Assembly (NCBI GenBank): GCA_964536045.1
Contig: CAZHWX010000001.1
Location: 1 to 37,278 of the forward strand
DNA: 37,278 bases
Direction of reading: 5' to 3'
Origin: an uncultured Candidatus Saccharibacteria bacterium
Lineage (GTDB): Bacteria; Patescibacteriota; Minisyncoccia; UBA6257; GWB1-50-10
Below, in pieces: positions 14,851 to 23,980 of this stretch. The position numbers and the translations under genes are program-made. The notes beneath the pieces were generated by a model. That model was not told the origin of the DNA. It searched no databases and saw only the letters and a program-made list of their open reading frames with translations. The first letter of the stretch is position 1; every line of letters starts with the position of its first letter.

Positions 14851-14858
14851 TTGTTTAT

Positions 14859-15293
14859 TTAACCTTGAATCGGTTTAGTGGAATTACATTTACAATCTGG
14901 ACAGGAAGAGCAACACTCTTTTTCTATCGCATATTTACCGTTATCCGCAAAAGCTAAACCTAATGAGAGAAGTAGCATTACTAAATCAATTTCCCATTTG
15001 CCAAAGGCACCAGGGAGTTTAACTAAGGCTAGCGCACCAATCATAACGATTGCTAGAAGTAAGCCAGCAATCTGAGTACTAAAGCCAACTAACATCATTA
15101 AACCACCCACAATTTCTACAAGGCTAACCAAATAGACAAAGATTGGGCCGAGGCCTAAGGTGCCAAAAAAAGTAATAGTTCCATCTAGGTTAATTAACTT
15201 ACTAATTCCGTGAGATAGAAAAACTACTGCAACTGCTAAGCGAATGAGGAAGATTCCTACATCTGGCTTACGCATCCAATTAAAAATATTCAT
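14859..15293 (-). CDS. DoxX family membrane protein with Cys-rich C-terminal tail
   Basis: Four TM segments with 'FLIRLAVAVVFLSHGISKL' and 'IVGGLMMLVGFSTQIAGLLLAIVMIGA', typical of DoxX. The tail is 'EKECCSSCPDCKCNSTKPIQG'. Confidence 0.8.
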   Translation of the reverse strand: MNIFNWMRKPDVGIFLIRLAVAVVFLSHGISKLINLDGTITFFGTLGLGPIFVYLVSLVEIVGGLMMLVGFSTQIAGLLLAIVMIGALALVKLPGAFGKWEIDLVMLLLSLGLAFADNGKYAIEKECCSSCPDCKCNSTKPIQG

Positions 15294-15386
15294 AGTTGAT
15301 TCGTTTTATTAGACGACCTTTCCGAGTATCCGATATTTGTAGCGGACCCCCTGATTATACCGTTAGTCATAAGGTATAATCAAAGT

Positions 15387-15893
15387 ATGCTTCCAGCGAT
15401 TACTAGAGTGCTTTTTATAGTTTTTGGAGCGATAGCTTCGGTTACTTTTTTTTCGGTACCATATTTTAATCGTTTAGAGGCGGTTAAAAATAAGGCGGAG
15501 GTAAAAATAAATGATCAAATAATAATTGCGGAGGTGGCGCACGATGAAGAGAGTCGTAATTTAGGCTTATCGGGTAGGGAAAAATTAAATATTAACGAGG
15601 GAATGCTTTTTATTTTTGAGGATCCAGGAATTTATCCGTTTTGGATGAAAGATATGAAGTTTCCAATCGATATAATTTGGATTGATTCAGATAATCGAAT
15701 AGCGGATATAGATGCAAATGTGCAACCGGAGCCGGGAGTACCGGAAGAGGGTTTAATGCAATATAAACCGCCAATTCCTGTGGAGAGAGTGTTGGAGTTG
15801 AGAGCTGGTCGGGCCCAGTTGTTGAGTGCGGAGGTCGGGGATCTAATTAAGGCTAGACCGCTCGTGAATAGCCAAAAATTAAAAGGGTTATAG
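15387..15893 (+). CDS. DUF192 domain-containing protein (membrane-anchored/secreted)
   Basis: N-terminal hydrophobic anchor, then 'IIIAEVAHDEESRNLGLSGREKLNINEGMLFIFEDPGIYPFWMKDMKFPIDIIWIDSDNRI', which matches the DUF192/COG1430 core. Confidence 0.75.
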   Translation: MLPAITRVLFIVFGAIASVTFFSVPYFNRLEAVKNKAEVKINDQIIIAEVAHDEESRNLGLSGREKLNINEGMLFIFEDPGIYPFWMKDMKFPIDIIWIDSDNRIADIDANVQPEPGVPEEGLMQYKPPIPVERVLELRAGRAQLLSAEVGDLIKARPLVNSQKLKGL

Positions 15894-15902
15894 AATATAG
15901 AA

Positions 15903-16904
15903 ATGAAGAAAATTGCGATTAATGGATTTGGCAGGATTGGCCGGCTTTTATTTAGAAAGTTGCAGGGTAGAGCGGACTTTAAAATTGTGGCGATAAATGA
16001 TTTGGGGGATTTGGAGAACCTAGCTTATTTATTGGCTCACGACTCAGTTTATGGAAATTATGAAAAGATGGTTTTAACGGAGGGTGGTAATTTATTAGTG
16101 GCTGGAGAAGAAATAAAATTTTTAAGCATTAAGGATCCAGCAACTTTACCGTGGGGTGAATTAGGGGTGGATGTGGTGGTGGAATCCACTGGGGTCTTTG
16201 AATCTTTTGTGGCGGCAGAGGCCCACATAAAGGCAGGAGCAAAGCATGTGGTTTTGTCTGCACCGGCTAAAGATGCAGACGGAGAACTTGGTCAAACTTT
16301 CTTGGTAGGAACTGGAGAGTTACAAAAAACTTGTAAGATAACTTCTAATGGTTCGTGTACTACTAATGCCGCTTCGCCGATTATTAAAATTTTGGAAGAA
16401 ACTATTGGCATAGAAAAAGCGATGTTGTCTACGGTGCACGCTTATACCGCTACCCAGTCTATGGTGGATTCCCCAGTTAAAGGAAAAGATTTTAGGCGGG
16501 GTCGGGCAGGAGCACAAAACATTGTGCCGTCTACCACGGGAGCGGCAATTGCAGTAACTCGGGTAATGCCAGAATTATCCGGAAAATTTGATGGGGTTGC
16601 GTTTCGAGTGCCGGTAGTTGCTGGGTCGTTAGCAGATATAACTTTGGTTACTAAGCGACCAACCAGCGAAGAAGAAATAAATAATATTTTAGTTCAAGCT
16701 TCTAAAGAGGTTCGTTGGCAAGGAATATTTACGGTAACTACGGAACAATATGTGTCCTCGGATATTGTGGGTAAGGAATACGGAGCAATTGCAGATCTGA
16801 ATTTTACTAAGGTGGTAGATGGAAATTTGGTAAAAATAATTTCTTGGTATGACAATGAGGCTGGGTATGTTAGTACTCTAATAAAACATTTGGAGCAGGT
16901 TTAA
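15903..16904 (+). CDS. gap: type I glyceraldehyde-3-phosphate dehydrogenase
   Basis: 'KIAINGFGRIGRL' is the NAD-binding motif, 'SNGSCTTN' holds the catalytic Cys, and 'WYDNEAGY' is the C-terminal motif. Confidence 0.95.
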   Translation: MKKIAINGFGRIGRLLFRKLQGRADFKIVAINDLGDLENLAYLLAHDSVYGNYEKMVLTEGGNLLVAGEEIKFLSIKDPATLPWGELGVDVVVESTGVFESFVAAEAHIKAGAKHVVLSAPAKDADGELGQTFLVGTGELQKTCKITSNGSCTTNAASPIIKILEETIGIEKAMLSTVHAYTATQSMVDSPVKGKDFRRGRAGAQNIVPSTTGAAIAVTRVMPELSGKFDGVAFRVPVVAGSLADITLVTKRPTSEEEINNILVQASKEVRWQGIFTVTTEQYVSSDIVGKEYGAIADLNFTKVVDGNLVKIISWYDNEAGYVSTLIKHLEQV

Positions 16905-16910
16905 TAACGA

Positions 16911-17930
16911 ATGCGAGTTTTTATCTGGGCTACACTTTTTGCGATAGGAGTTTGGCTTCTAGGTTTGATTATTTGGACTGGTGAGTTAAGACAAGAAACA
17001 AATTCTTTGGCTAATTCGGCAAATACTTTTTCGGTTGCGGTTAATCAATTGCAGGATAATATTCGGCGGAATGCTCCCACCAGCACTTTGATTTTTGTGG
17101 GAGATATAATGCTCTCTAGAAATGTAGGTACCAAAATGGAAAAGTTGGGGGATTGGGAGTTTCCATTTAAGAAAATAAAAAAATATTTAAGTGGGGCAGA
17201 TTTTGTATTTGGAAATTTAGAAGGTCCAATTTCGAATAGGGGAAATAATCAAGGAAGTATTTATTCTTTTCGGGCTGATCCGCGAGCTGTCTTAGGATTA
17301 CGAGCGGCTGGTATAGATGTGGTTTCGTTAGCTAATAATCATATTTGGGATTGGGGCGCAGAGGCTTTAGTAGATACAGTTGAGGTGTTAAAAGAAGCGG
17401 ATATTGTTTCTTTGGGTGCTGGAGTAAATAAGAAAGAAGCCAATTCTGGCAATATATTTAAAGTTAATGGAACTAAAATTGGTTTTTTAGCCTACACTGA
17501 TTTATATCCAAAAAGTTTAATTGCCAACGAAGAAAATCCTGGAATTAGTGATTGGAATGAAGATCAGGTTTTGTCGGATATTAAACGGTTAAAAGCAGAG
17601 AGTGATTTACTTTTTGTGTCTTGGCACACTGGTACGGAATATGAGCAAATTCCTAATCCACAACAAAGAGAAATTTATAGAGGATTAATAGAAAAGGGGG
17701 TAGATTTGGTTATTGGACATCATCCTCATGTAACTCAGCCTATAGAGGAATATGGTGGGGGTTGGATTGCTTATAGTTTGGGTAATTTTATCTTTGACCA
17801 ACCTTTTTCTAAGAACACTATGGAGGGAATGGTGTTGGAGGTTTTGGTTCGCAATGGAAAAATAACTAAAGTAGAGGCAAAAAAAGTTATTTTGAATCAG
17901 GATTTTCAACCTAGTTTAGAAGGCATATAA
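16911..17930 (+). CDS. CapA family (PGA_cap metallophosphatase-like) protein
   Basis: N-terminal TM anchor, 'FVGDIMLSR', 'FGNLEGPIS', 'SLANNHIWDWG' and 'IGHHPHVTQPIE' give the CapA/metallophosphoesterase pattern. Confidence 0.8.
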   Translation: MRVFIWATLFAIGVWLLGLIIWTGELRQETNSLANSANTFSVAVNQLQDNIRRNAPTSTLIFVGDIMLSRNVGTKMEKLGDWEFPFKKIKKYLSGADFVFGNLEGPISNRGNNQGSIYSFRADPRAVLGLRAAGIDVVSLANNHIWDWGAEALVDTVEVLKEADIVSLGAGVNKKEANSGNIFKVNGTKIGFLAYTDLYPKSLIANEENPGISDWNEDQVLSDIKRLKAESDLLFVSWHTGTEYEQIPNPQQREIYRGLIEKGVDLVIGHHPHVTQPIEEYGGGWIAYSLGNFIFDQPFSKNTMEGMVLEVLVRNGKITKVEAKKVILNQDFQPSLEGI

Positions 17931-17937
17931 TACCAAT

Positions 17938-18411
17938 ATGTTGATTTATTTAGGTGCGGACCATCGGGGGTTTGAGTTAAAAGAAAAAATAAAAGAATTT
18001 CTAACGGAAAGAGCCTATCCAATTTCGGATTTGAGTTTAGCTACCCTTACGCCGGATGATGATTATCCAGAAATTGCTAAGAAGGTTGCAGAAAAAGTAA
18101 GTATTGATTTTGATCGATCTAAAGCAATTTTAATTTGTGGTTCTGGGGTGGGAATGTGTATAACTGCCAACAAATATCCAAACGTGCGAGCTTCTTTAAA
18201 TTTTTCTGCAGATCAAGCCTACGATAGTCGGAAGGAGGACGATGCAAATATTTTGTGTTTGGCTTCCGGGCATACCAGCGTGGAAGAAGCTTTAAAAATA
18301 ATTACTGCTTGGTTGCAGACCCCATTTTCGGATGAGGAACGACACCGACGAAGACTAAGACAGATAGAAAAAATTGAAGCGGAAATTTTAGAGAGAGGGA
18401 AAAGATTATGA
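17938..18411 (+). CDS. rpiB: ribose-5-phosphate isomerase B (RpiB/LacA/LacB family)
   Basis: 'GADHRGFELKEKIKEFL' and 'ILICGSGVGMCITANKYPNVRA' are RpiB motifs, including the catalytic Cys region. Confidence 0.9.
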   Translation: MLIYLGADHRGFELKEKIKEFLTERAYPISDLSLATLTPDDDYPEIAKKVAEKVSIDFDRSKAILICGSGVGMCITANKYPNVRASLNFSADQAYDSRKEDDANILCLASGHTSVEEALKIITAWLQTPFSDEERHRRRLRQIEKIEAEILERGKRL

Positions 18412-19037
18412 TCTATCCAGCTCTAAATACCTTAGAGGAGGATTCGTTTAAAAAACAACTTGCTAGTGCAATTTCTACTGGTGCGGAAATAATTCACGTG
18501 GATTTTGCCGATGGTTCGTGGTTGGCTAAGCCGAATTTTTGTAATTGGTCTCAATTAATTTATTCCGGTAAATCTTTTGAGGCCCACTTAATGGTTAATA
18601 ATCCACTCCCAGCTCTTCAGGCGGGGGCAGATAAAGCGATTCGGGTTATTGTACAAGCAGAATGTGTAAGCCTAGAGAAGGCTAAGATTTTAAAAGAAGC
18701 TTATCCAAATTTAGAATTTGTAATCTCGGTGGATGCGGATACCGCTTTAGAAACCTTAACCTCATATGCAGTTTTAGGTTTTAAATCCTTTCAGTTGTTG
18801 ACGGTAACTCCGGGGGAGTCTGGTCGAGTACAAGATCCGAATACAATTTTGCGAATTAAAAAAATAAAAAGTGTTTTTCCAGATTGTAATTTGGAGGTGG
18901 ATGGGGGAATAAATGAAAATAATTTGGGGGCGTTATTTGTGGCGGGAGCTAATCGTTTTGCGGTTGCCTCTGCTTTATTTGAAGCACAAGATATAAAGGA
19001 AAAATATAAGTTTTTAAGGAATTTAATTGGTTTATAG
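18408..19037 (+). CDS. rpe: ribulose-phosphate 3-epimerase-like TIM-barrel protein (divergent)
   Basis: ATGA overlap with rpiB. 'IIHVDFADGSW', 'EAHLMVNNP', 'TVTPGESG', 'EVDGGINENN' and 'FAVASALF' align with the Rpe metal and phosphate motifs, but several positions are diverged. Confidence 0.7.
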   Translation: MIYPALNTLEEDSFKKQLASAISTGAEIIHVDFADGSWLAKPNFCNWSQLIYSGKSFEAHLMVNNPLPALQAGADKAIRVIVQAECVSLEKAKILKEAYPNLEFVISVDADTALETLTSYAVLGFKSFQLLTVTPGESGRVQDPNTILRIKKIKSVFPDCNLEVDGGINENNLGALFVAGANRFAVASALFEAQDIKEKYKFLRNLIGL

Positions 19038-19082
19038 AAATAAGTTCGGTAGAGTTTCGTTTTTACGGTATAATTAAACAAT

Positions 19083-19943
19083 ATGGAATCTCTTTCGGAC
19101 TCCAAGCTTTTATATTTAGAAAGAACTGCTAATCGTATTCGCGAGCAGGTAGTAGAAATGTTGGTAGAAGCTGGCTCGGGACATTCTGCTGGTCCGCTAG
19201 GTATGGCGGATATTTTTACTGCCTTATATTTTCATGTGTTACATCACAATCCTAAAAAACCCAATTGGGAGGAGCGAGATCGGTTGATTTTGTCGAATGG
19301 CCATATTTGTCCGGTGCAGTACGCCACTTTAGCTTTAGCGGGTTATTTTCCGGTAGAGGAGCTTAATACTTTAAGAAAAATACATTCTCGGTTGCAGGGT
19401 CACCCACACCGTGGATCACTGCCGGGAGTAGAGACTACTTCTGGTCCCTTGGGGTCTGGCCTATCTCAGGCGATTGGGGTGGCCTTAGCTGCCCGTTTAG
19501 ATGGGGCCAAACATAGGGTTTATTGTTTGTTATCGGATGGGGAGCACAACGAGGGGAATACTTGGGAGGCGGTAATAGCGGCGGCTAAATATAAATTATC
19601 CAATTTAACCGTGGTTATAGATCGTAACAATATTCAAATTGATGGATTTACCGAGGATGTTATGCCATTGGAATCTTTGCGAGAAAAATATGAAGCTTTT
19701 GGTTGGCACGTGTTAGAAATTGATGGACACAATATTTCTAGATTCGTAGATGCTACGCGAGAAGCGATGGTAATTTATGAAAAACCAACTGTAATTATTG
19801 CTAATACCATTCCGGGGAAAGGGGTGAGTTTTATGGAGCGAGATTATCGTTGGCATGGTAAGCCCCCAACTAAAGAGGAGGCTAAATCGGCTTTGAAGGA
19901 ATTGCGAACTTTGGGGAATCGCATACAAAGTGAACACGAATAA
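19083..19943 (+). CDS. transketolase, N-terminal (TPP pyrophosphate-binding) subunit
   Basis: 'GSGHSAGPLGMADIFTALYF', 'RDRLILSNGHICPVQYA', 'GHPH...VETTSGPLGSGLSQAIG' and 'LLSDGEHNEGNTWEA' are transketolase PP-domain motifs. It is the split-gene form. Confidence 0.92.
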   Translation: MESLSDSKLLYLERTANRIREQVVEMLVEAGSGHSAGPLGMADIFTALYFHVLHHNPKKPNWEERDRLILSNGHICPVQYATLALAGYFPVEELNTLRKIHSRLQGHPHRGSLPGVETTSGPLGSGLSQAIGVALAARLDGAKHRVYCLLSDGEHNEGNTWEAVIAAAKYKLSNLTVVIDRNNIQIDGFTEDVMPLESLREKYEAFGWHVLEIDGHNISRFVDATREAMVIYEKPTVIIANTIPGKGVSFMERDYRWHGKPPTKEEAKSALKELRTLGNRIQSEHE

Positions 19944-19944
19944 A

Positions 19945-20943
19945 ATGTTGAATCCAAATTTAAAATTAAATTCTAAGGTTTTAAACGAAGAGTGTGAGTT
20001 AAAACCAACTCGGGCCGGTTTTGGTGAGGGCTTAGTAGAAGCTGGTAGAGAAAATAAAAATGTGGTGGCCTTATGCGCGGATCTTACAGAATCTACTCGT
20101 ACGGAGGATTTTGCTAAAGAATTTCCAAATCGGTTTTTTGAGATGGGAGTAGCGGAACAAAATATGGTAACGGTAGCCGCAGGTTTGGCGGTTTCTGGTA
20201 AAGTTCCATTTGTCTCGTCTTATGCGGCATTTTCGCCGGGTCGGAATTGGGAACAGATTCGTACAACCATCGCTTACAATGACGCAAATGTGAAAATTGC
20301 TGGACATCATGCGGGTCTTTATACGGGTCCAGATGGAGCGACACACCAAATGTTGGAGGATGTAGCTTTAATGCGGACTATGCCAAATATGAAGGTAGTG
20401 GTTCCGTGTGATGCAGAGGAGGCGCGTAAAGCAACTTTAATTAGTTCTAAAATTTGGGGTCCTATTTATTTACGTTTTGCTAGAGAAAAAACCAGAACAA
20501 TTACGTCTAAAGAAACATCTTTTGAACTTGGTCGGGCGGAACTATTTTGGGAACCAAATAAGAAAAAACCAGATTTGTTGATTTGTGCTTGTGGTCCATT
20601 AGTGTATGAGGCGATGGTTGCGGCCCAGGATTTAGAAAAAGAAAAAATTTCGGTAGCAGTTTTAAATGTGCACACAATAAAGCCCTTAGACGAAAAAACA
20701 ATTTTACATTTTGCTAGATTAGCGGGGGCGGTAGTGACAGTGGAAGAGCATCAGATTATTGGTGGATTGGGAGGTGCGGTAGCGGAACTTTTAGTTACTA
20801 AGGCTCCAATGCCTTTAGAACGGATTGGAATGAGAGATGAATTTGGTCAATCGGGTAAACCGAGTGAGCTTTTGGATTTTTATGGTTTAAATAAAGAAGA
20901 AATAATAAAAGCCGGAAAAAAAGTTATTCAAAGAAAAAAATAA
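19945..20943 (+). CDS. transketolase, C-terminal (pyrimidine-binding) subunit
   Basis: 'RAGFGEGLVEAGRENKNVVALCADLTESTR', 'FFEMGVAEQNMVTVAAGLA' and 'GPDGATHQMLEDVALMR' are present. The ATG at 19945, 2 nt after the upstream stop, is preferred. The GTG at 19930 is an alternative start. Confidence 0.9.
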   Translation: MLNPNLKLNSKVLNEECELKPTRAGFGEGLVEAGRENKNVVALCADLTESTRTEDFAKEFPNRFFEMGVAEQNMVTVAAGLAVSGKVPFVSSYAAFSPGRNWEQIRTTIAYNDANVKIAGHHAGLYTGPDGATHQMLEDVALMRTMPNMKVVVPCDAEEARKATLISSKIWGPIYLRFAREKTRTITSKETSFELGRAELFWEPNKKKPDLLICACGPLVYEAMVAAQDLEKEKISVAVLNVHTIKPLDEKTILHFARLAGAVVTVEEHQIIGGLGGAVAELLVTKAPMPLERIGMRDEFGQSGKPSELLDFYGLNKEEIIKAGKKVIQRKK

Positions 20944-21884
20944 TGAAAAATAATTTAGAAATAGTAACCATCGGAACTGCTAGTCGAGATTGGACCATGG
21001 TGGGCTCCGAGGATGGACCGCTTACCTGGGGAGATAAACGAGAAGCAGAATCAGTATATGAGGGGTTGGGTGGAGGGGCAGCAAATGCGGCGATTACCTT
21101 TGCTCGTTTTGGATTAAAGACTGGATTGGTGGCTCGTTTAGGTAAAGATGAGTCGGGAAAAAAAATTGTTCAAAATTTAAAAAGTGAAGGAATAAAAGTT
21201 TTTTCGGCTTGGGATGCAAAAAATGCTACTGCTTTAAGTGCAATTGCTTTAAATAAAGCCGGAGAAAGATTAGTTTTTTCGCACCGTGGAGCTTCAGATA
21301 ATTTAACCGAGAAAGATGTGCCAGCTGGAGCTTTGGCTAGTGATTGGTGGTATGTGGTGCCGGGTCGCATTACCGCACCAATAATTTTTAAGTTAATGAA
21401 TGTGGCCCTTAAGAAGGGGATTCGTTTGGCAATTAATCCCTCCAAGAGTTTTATTCATCGAGCAGATTTTGTGCGACGTTTAGCGGATATTTCGGTGTTG
21501 TTAGTAAATAGAGAAGAGGCTGGAATGTTGGTTAATTTACCGCCGGCGGCAGATCCTGTAGCAATGCTTCGCAAAATTCCGAGTGGAGTAGCGGTTATCA
21601 CCGATGGTCCACGAGGAAGTTGGGCTAAGGATAATTCTGGAATTTATCATGTAGGTGTTTTTCCAGAAAAGAAAATTGCAGATCGGACCGGTGCCGGGGA
21701 TTCTTTTGGTTCGGCTTTTGTAGCGTCTATTATTCGTAATAAGCCAATAACCGAGGCCTTGCGAGTAGCTTCGGCTAATGCCACATCTATGGTAGAAACA
21801 ATTGGAGCTCAGACGGGTATTTTGCGAGCTGCTCAATTAAAAGCCCCACGTTGGAAAGAATTAACAATCAAAAAAATCTCTTAA
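20943..21884 (+). CDS. PfkB-family carbohydrate kinase (ribokinase-like), substrate unassigned
   Basis: TAATG overlap with transketolase C. 'GGGAANAAITFARFG' is the N-terminal GG motif and 'DRTGAGDSFGSAFV' is the PfkB signature 2 catalytic-base motif. Confidence 0.85.
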   Translation: MKNNLEIVTIGTASRDWTMVGSEDGPLTWGDKREAESVYEGLGGGAANAAITFARFGLKTGLVARLGKDESGKKIVQNLKSEGIKVFSAWDAKNATALSAIALNKAGERLVFSHRGASDNLTEKDVPAGALASDWWYVVPGRITAPIIFKLMNVALKKGIRLAINPSKSFIHRADFVRRLADISVLLVNREEAGMLVNLPPAADPVAMLRKIPSGVAVITDGPRGSWAKDNSGIYHVGVFPEKKIADRTGAGDSFGSAFVASIIRNKPITEALRVASANATSMVETIGAQTGILRAAQLKAPRWKELTIKKIS

Positions 21885-23080
21885 TGAATCAAGGCGCCTT
21901 AAAGCTTTCCAAAATTTTAGGAACGCTTCCAGAAAACTTGGAGCAAGCTTTACCAACTGAAATTTCAGCTGGTTTTTTAGAACAGACCGCAGAAGAAATA
22001 GAGAGCAAAATAAATAAGTTTAAAAGTGAATTAAAAATATTGGAGAATTATCCGCTGGATTTACGTTTTCGTTTGGGCAAAGAAGTAATAATCCAAGACT
22101 CAAAAATAAGAAAAATATTTGGCGAAAATCCATTTGAAGAAGCAGTAAAACATTGTGAGATGGCGAGTGGTTTGCAGATGGGTTGGTTTTTAAAATTGGA
22201 TAAGGCCCAGGATATTTTAAGAGAGCGTCCGCCACAGGGAGTAATGGATTTTACCGGGGTTACTAGCGTAGAAGAGCTTTTACAGAAATATGAAATTACG
22301 GAAATTTTTAGCGCTCTTCGGTTTTTAGAAACTAAAGAATGGATGCACGAAACTTTTGCTTCCGCATATTCCAAATTAACGCCTGCGGATTTTGAAGAGC
22401 GAAAAATAAAAATTCAAGTCTTGAGCAGTGTTTGGTTGCCGGTGGCGGAGAAGTTTATTCTCAAAAAGAGACACAATGTAAGTCACCTAAAAGAGTTGGG
22501 GGTTATCTTTTTAAATCCGTTAAAACCAGAAATTCCGGGAGCGTTACTTCGAGACTTTGCTTTGCTTTTTCATTATTTACGAGAAGTTTCTTTTTATAGT
22601 AAGTTATTTAGAGCTGTAGCGGGGGAACCAAATTTTGCCGAGCGATTAGCTTCTTTTTTGCGCGGAGATATTTTAGAAAAAAAATCGGTGGAGGGAGCGG
22701 AATGGTTAATAGTTCAACGTTATTTAGATAAAGAAGATCCAACCGACTTACGCTTGTTGTTGCCTAGGGTTAATCCAGAGGCTTTACATTGGCGACGTGC
22801 GGAAAGAGATTTGGCAGTTTTTGGTAAGGCCCATTCTTTAGATTTGGAGTTGTGGGAGGGAATGGATTCAGTAGCAGAATTTTTGGATGGGGAGGTAGTT
22901 AGTTTTGATTTAGAAGATTCCTTAATGTCCATAATTAATTTTCCAGATGGGGAGAAGGGTTATGCTTATCACCAAAAAGAAGCTTTGTGGTTGGAGTTAG
23001 CAATTCGTTTAGCAGGGACAGAGGAAAAATTAGAAGAAATGTTGGTGGCCAATTTTTCTACTGGGACAATAAAATTTTAA
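21884..23080 (+). CDS. hypothetical protein (about 398 aa, soluble, no recognised family)
   Basis: The ATG at 21884 overlaps the PfkB stop (TAATG). The track start at 21851 is a TTG inside the PfkB gene. It is a long uninterrupted ORF in the operon frame with no TM segments and no motif I can assign. Confidence 0.6.
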   Translation: MNQGALKLSKILGTLPENLEQALPTEISAGFLEQTAEEIESKINKFKSELKILENYPLDLRFRLGKEVIIQDSKIRKIFGENPFEEAVKHCEMASGLQMGWFLKLDKAQDILRERPPQGVMDFTGVTSVEELLQKYEITEIFSALRFLETKEWMHETFASAYSKLTPADFEERKIKIQVLSSVWLPVAEKFILKKRHNVSHLKELGVIFLNPLKPEIPGALLRDFALLFHYLREVSFYSKLFRAVAGEPNFAERLASFLRGDILEKKSVEGAEWLIVQRYLDKEDPTDLRLLLPRVNPEALHWRRAERDLAVFGKAHSLDLELWEGMDSVAEFLDGEVVSFDLEDSLMSIINFPDGEKGYAYHQKEALWLELAIRLAGTEEKLEEMLVANFSTGTIKF

Positions 23081-23097
23081 TTTAAGAGAAACCTTAT

Positions 23098-23961
23098 ATG
23101 GAAAAACTTTATATTTTACCCTTTGATCACCGTAGTAACTTTCGTAAATTTTTTGGAGAGGATGCAGAAAAAATAAAAGATTATAAACATTTAATCTACG
23201 AAGGAATACTTTGGGCTATTAAACATGGTGCCCCTAAGGAGGCGGCGGCAATTTTAGTGGATGAGGAATATGGTTCGGAAATATTAATTGAAGCAAAAAC
23301 GGCTGGTTTGCGTAGAATTTTAACTTTAGAAAAGTCGGGGACGGAAGAATTGGAATTGGAGGGAGATAAAAAATTTGTGGAAAGATTGGATAAGTGGAGT
23401 CCAGAGTATGGAAAGGTTTTAATTCGATATAGTCCAAACGATGATGGTTTAAAAAACTCTCGACTAAAAGATAAATTAAAGATGGTGAGTGAGGCTTGTG
23501 CGACTCGTAATATAAAATTTTTATTAGAAGTTTTAATTATAAAAACGGAAGCAGATAGTGACGTTTCAGTAGAGGCATTTGAAATGCATCTTCGGCCAGA
23601 ATTAATTAGAACTACAATTCGAGAATTTTATGCGGAAGGAATTGAGCCTCAGATTTGGAAGATAGAAGGAATAGATGACCCGATAGAGCTCTCGGAGGTA
23701 GCACTTGCGGTGCAAGGTGGAAATAGATTGGATCGAGGACTAGTAATTTTGGGTCGGGATGAAAATAAAGAAAGAGTAGAGAATTGGTTACGAGTTGGAG
23801 CCACGGTAAGAGGAGTGGTGGGTTTTGCGGTGGGACGAACTATTTTTAAGGATCCTCTTTTAGGACATGACAATCAGGAAACTACTAGAGTGGAAACAGT
23901 GGCAGAGATAGGGGGTAGGTATTTGGAATATGTAAAGATTTTTGAAAACAAAAAAGACTAA
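23098..23961 (+). CDS. class I aldolase-like TIM-barrel protein (DUF2090 / LacD-IolC C-terminal domain-like)
   Basis: 'LYILPFDHRSNF' (compare the 'AFDHR' N-terminal motif), 'IWKIEG' (candidate Schiff-base Lys strand) and 'VVGFAVGRTIFKDP' match what I recall of DUF2090, the domain fused to 5-dehydro-2-deoxygluconokinase in some bacteria. Confidence 0.6.
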   Translation: MEKLYILPFDHRSNFRKFFGEDAEKIKDYKHLIYEGILWAIKHGAPKEAAAILVDEEYGSEILIEAKTAGLRRILTLEKSGTEELELEGDKKFVERLDKWSPEYGKVLIRYSPNDDGLKNSRLKDKLKMVSEACATRNIKFLLEVLIIKTEADSDVSVEAFEMHLRPELIRTTIREFYAEGIEPQIWKIEGIDDPIELSEVALAVQGGNRLDRGLVILGRDENKERVENWLRVGATVRGVVGFAVGRTIFKDPLLGHDNQETTRVETVAEIGGRYLEYVKIFENKKD

Positions 23962-23980
23962 GAAATTCTTAGTCTTTTTT
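23951..23980. terminator. bidirectional terminator shared by convergent genes
   Basis: AAAAAGACTAAGAA-AT-TTCTTAGTCTTTTTT is a perfect 11-bp inverted repeat flanked by A- and T-runs. It overlaps both stop codons (23959-61 on the plus strand, 23979-81 on the minus strand). Confidence 0.8.

Noticed and set aside
19083-20943. Transketolase encoded as two ORFs, considered as a possible frameshifted pseudogene
   Set aside because: The split falls exactly at the PP-domain/Pyr-domain boundary, with a clean stop (19941-19943) and an ATG 2 nt later. This is the well-known two-subunit transketolase architecture, not a disruption.
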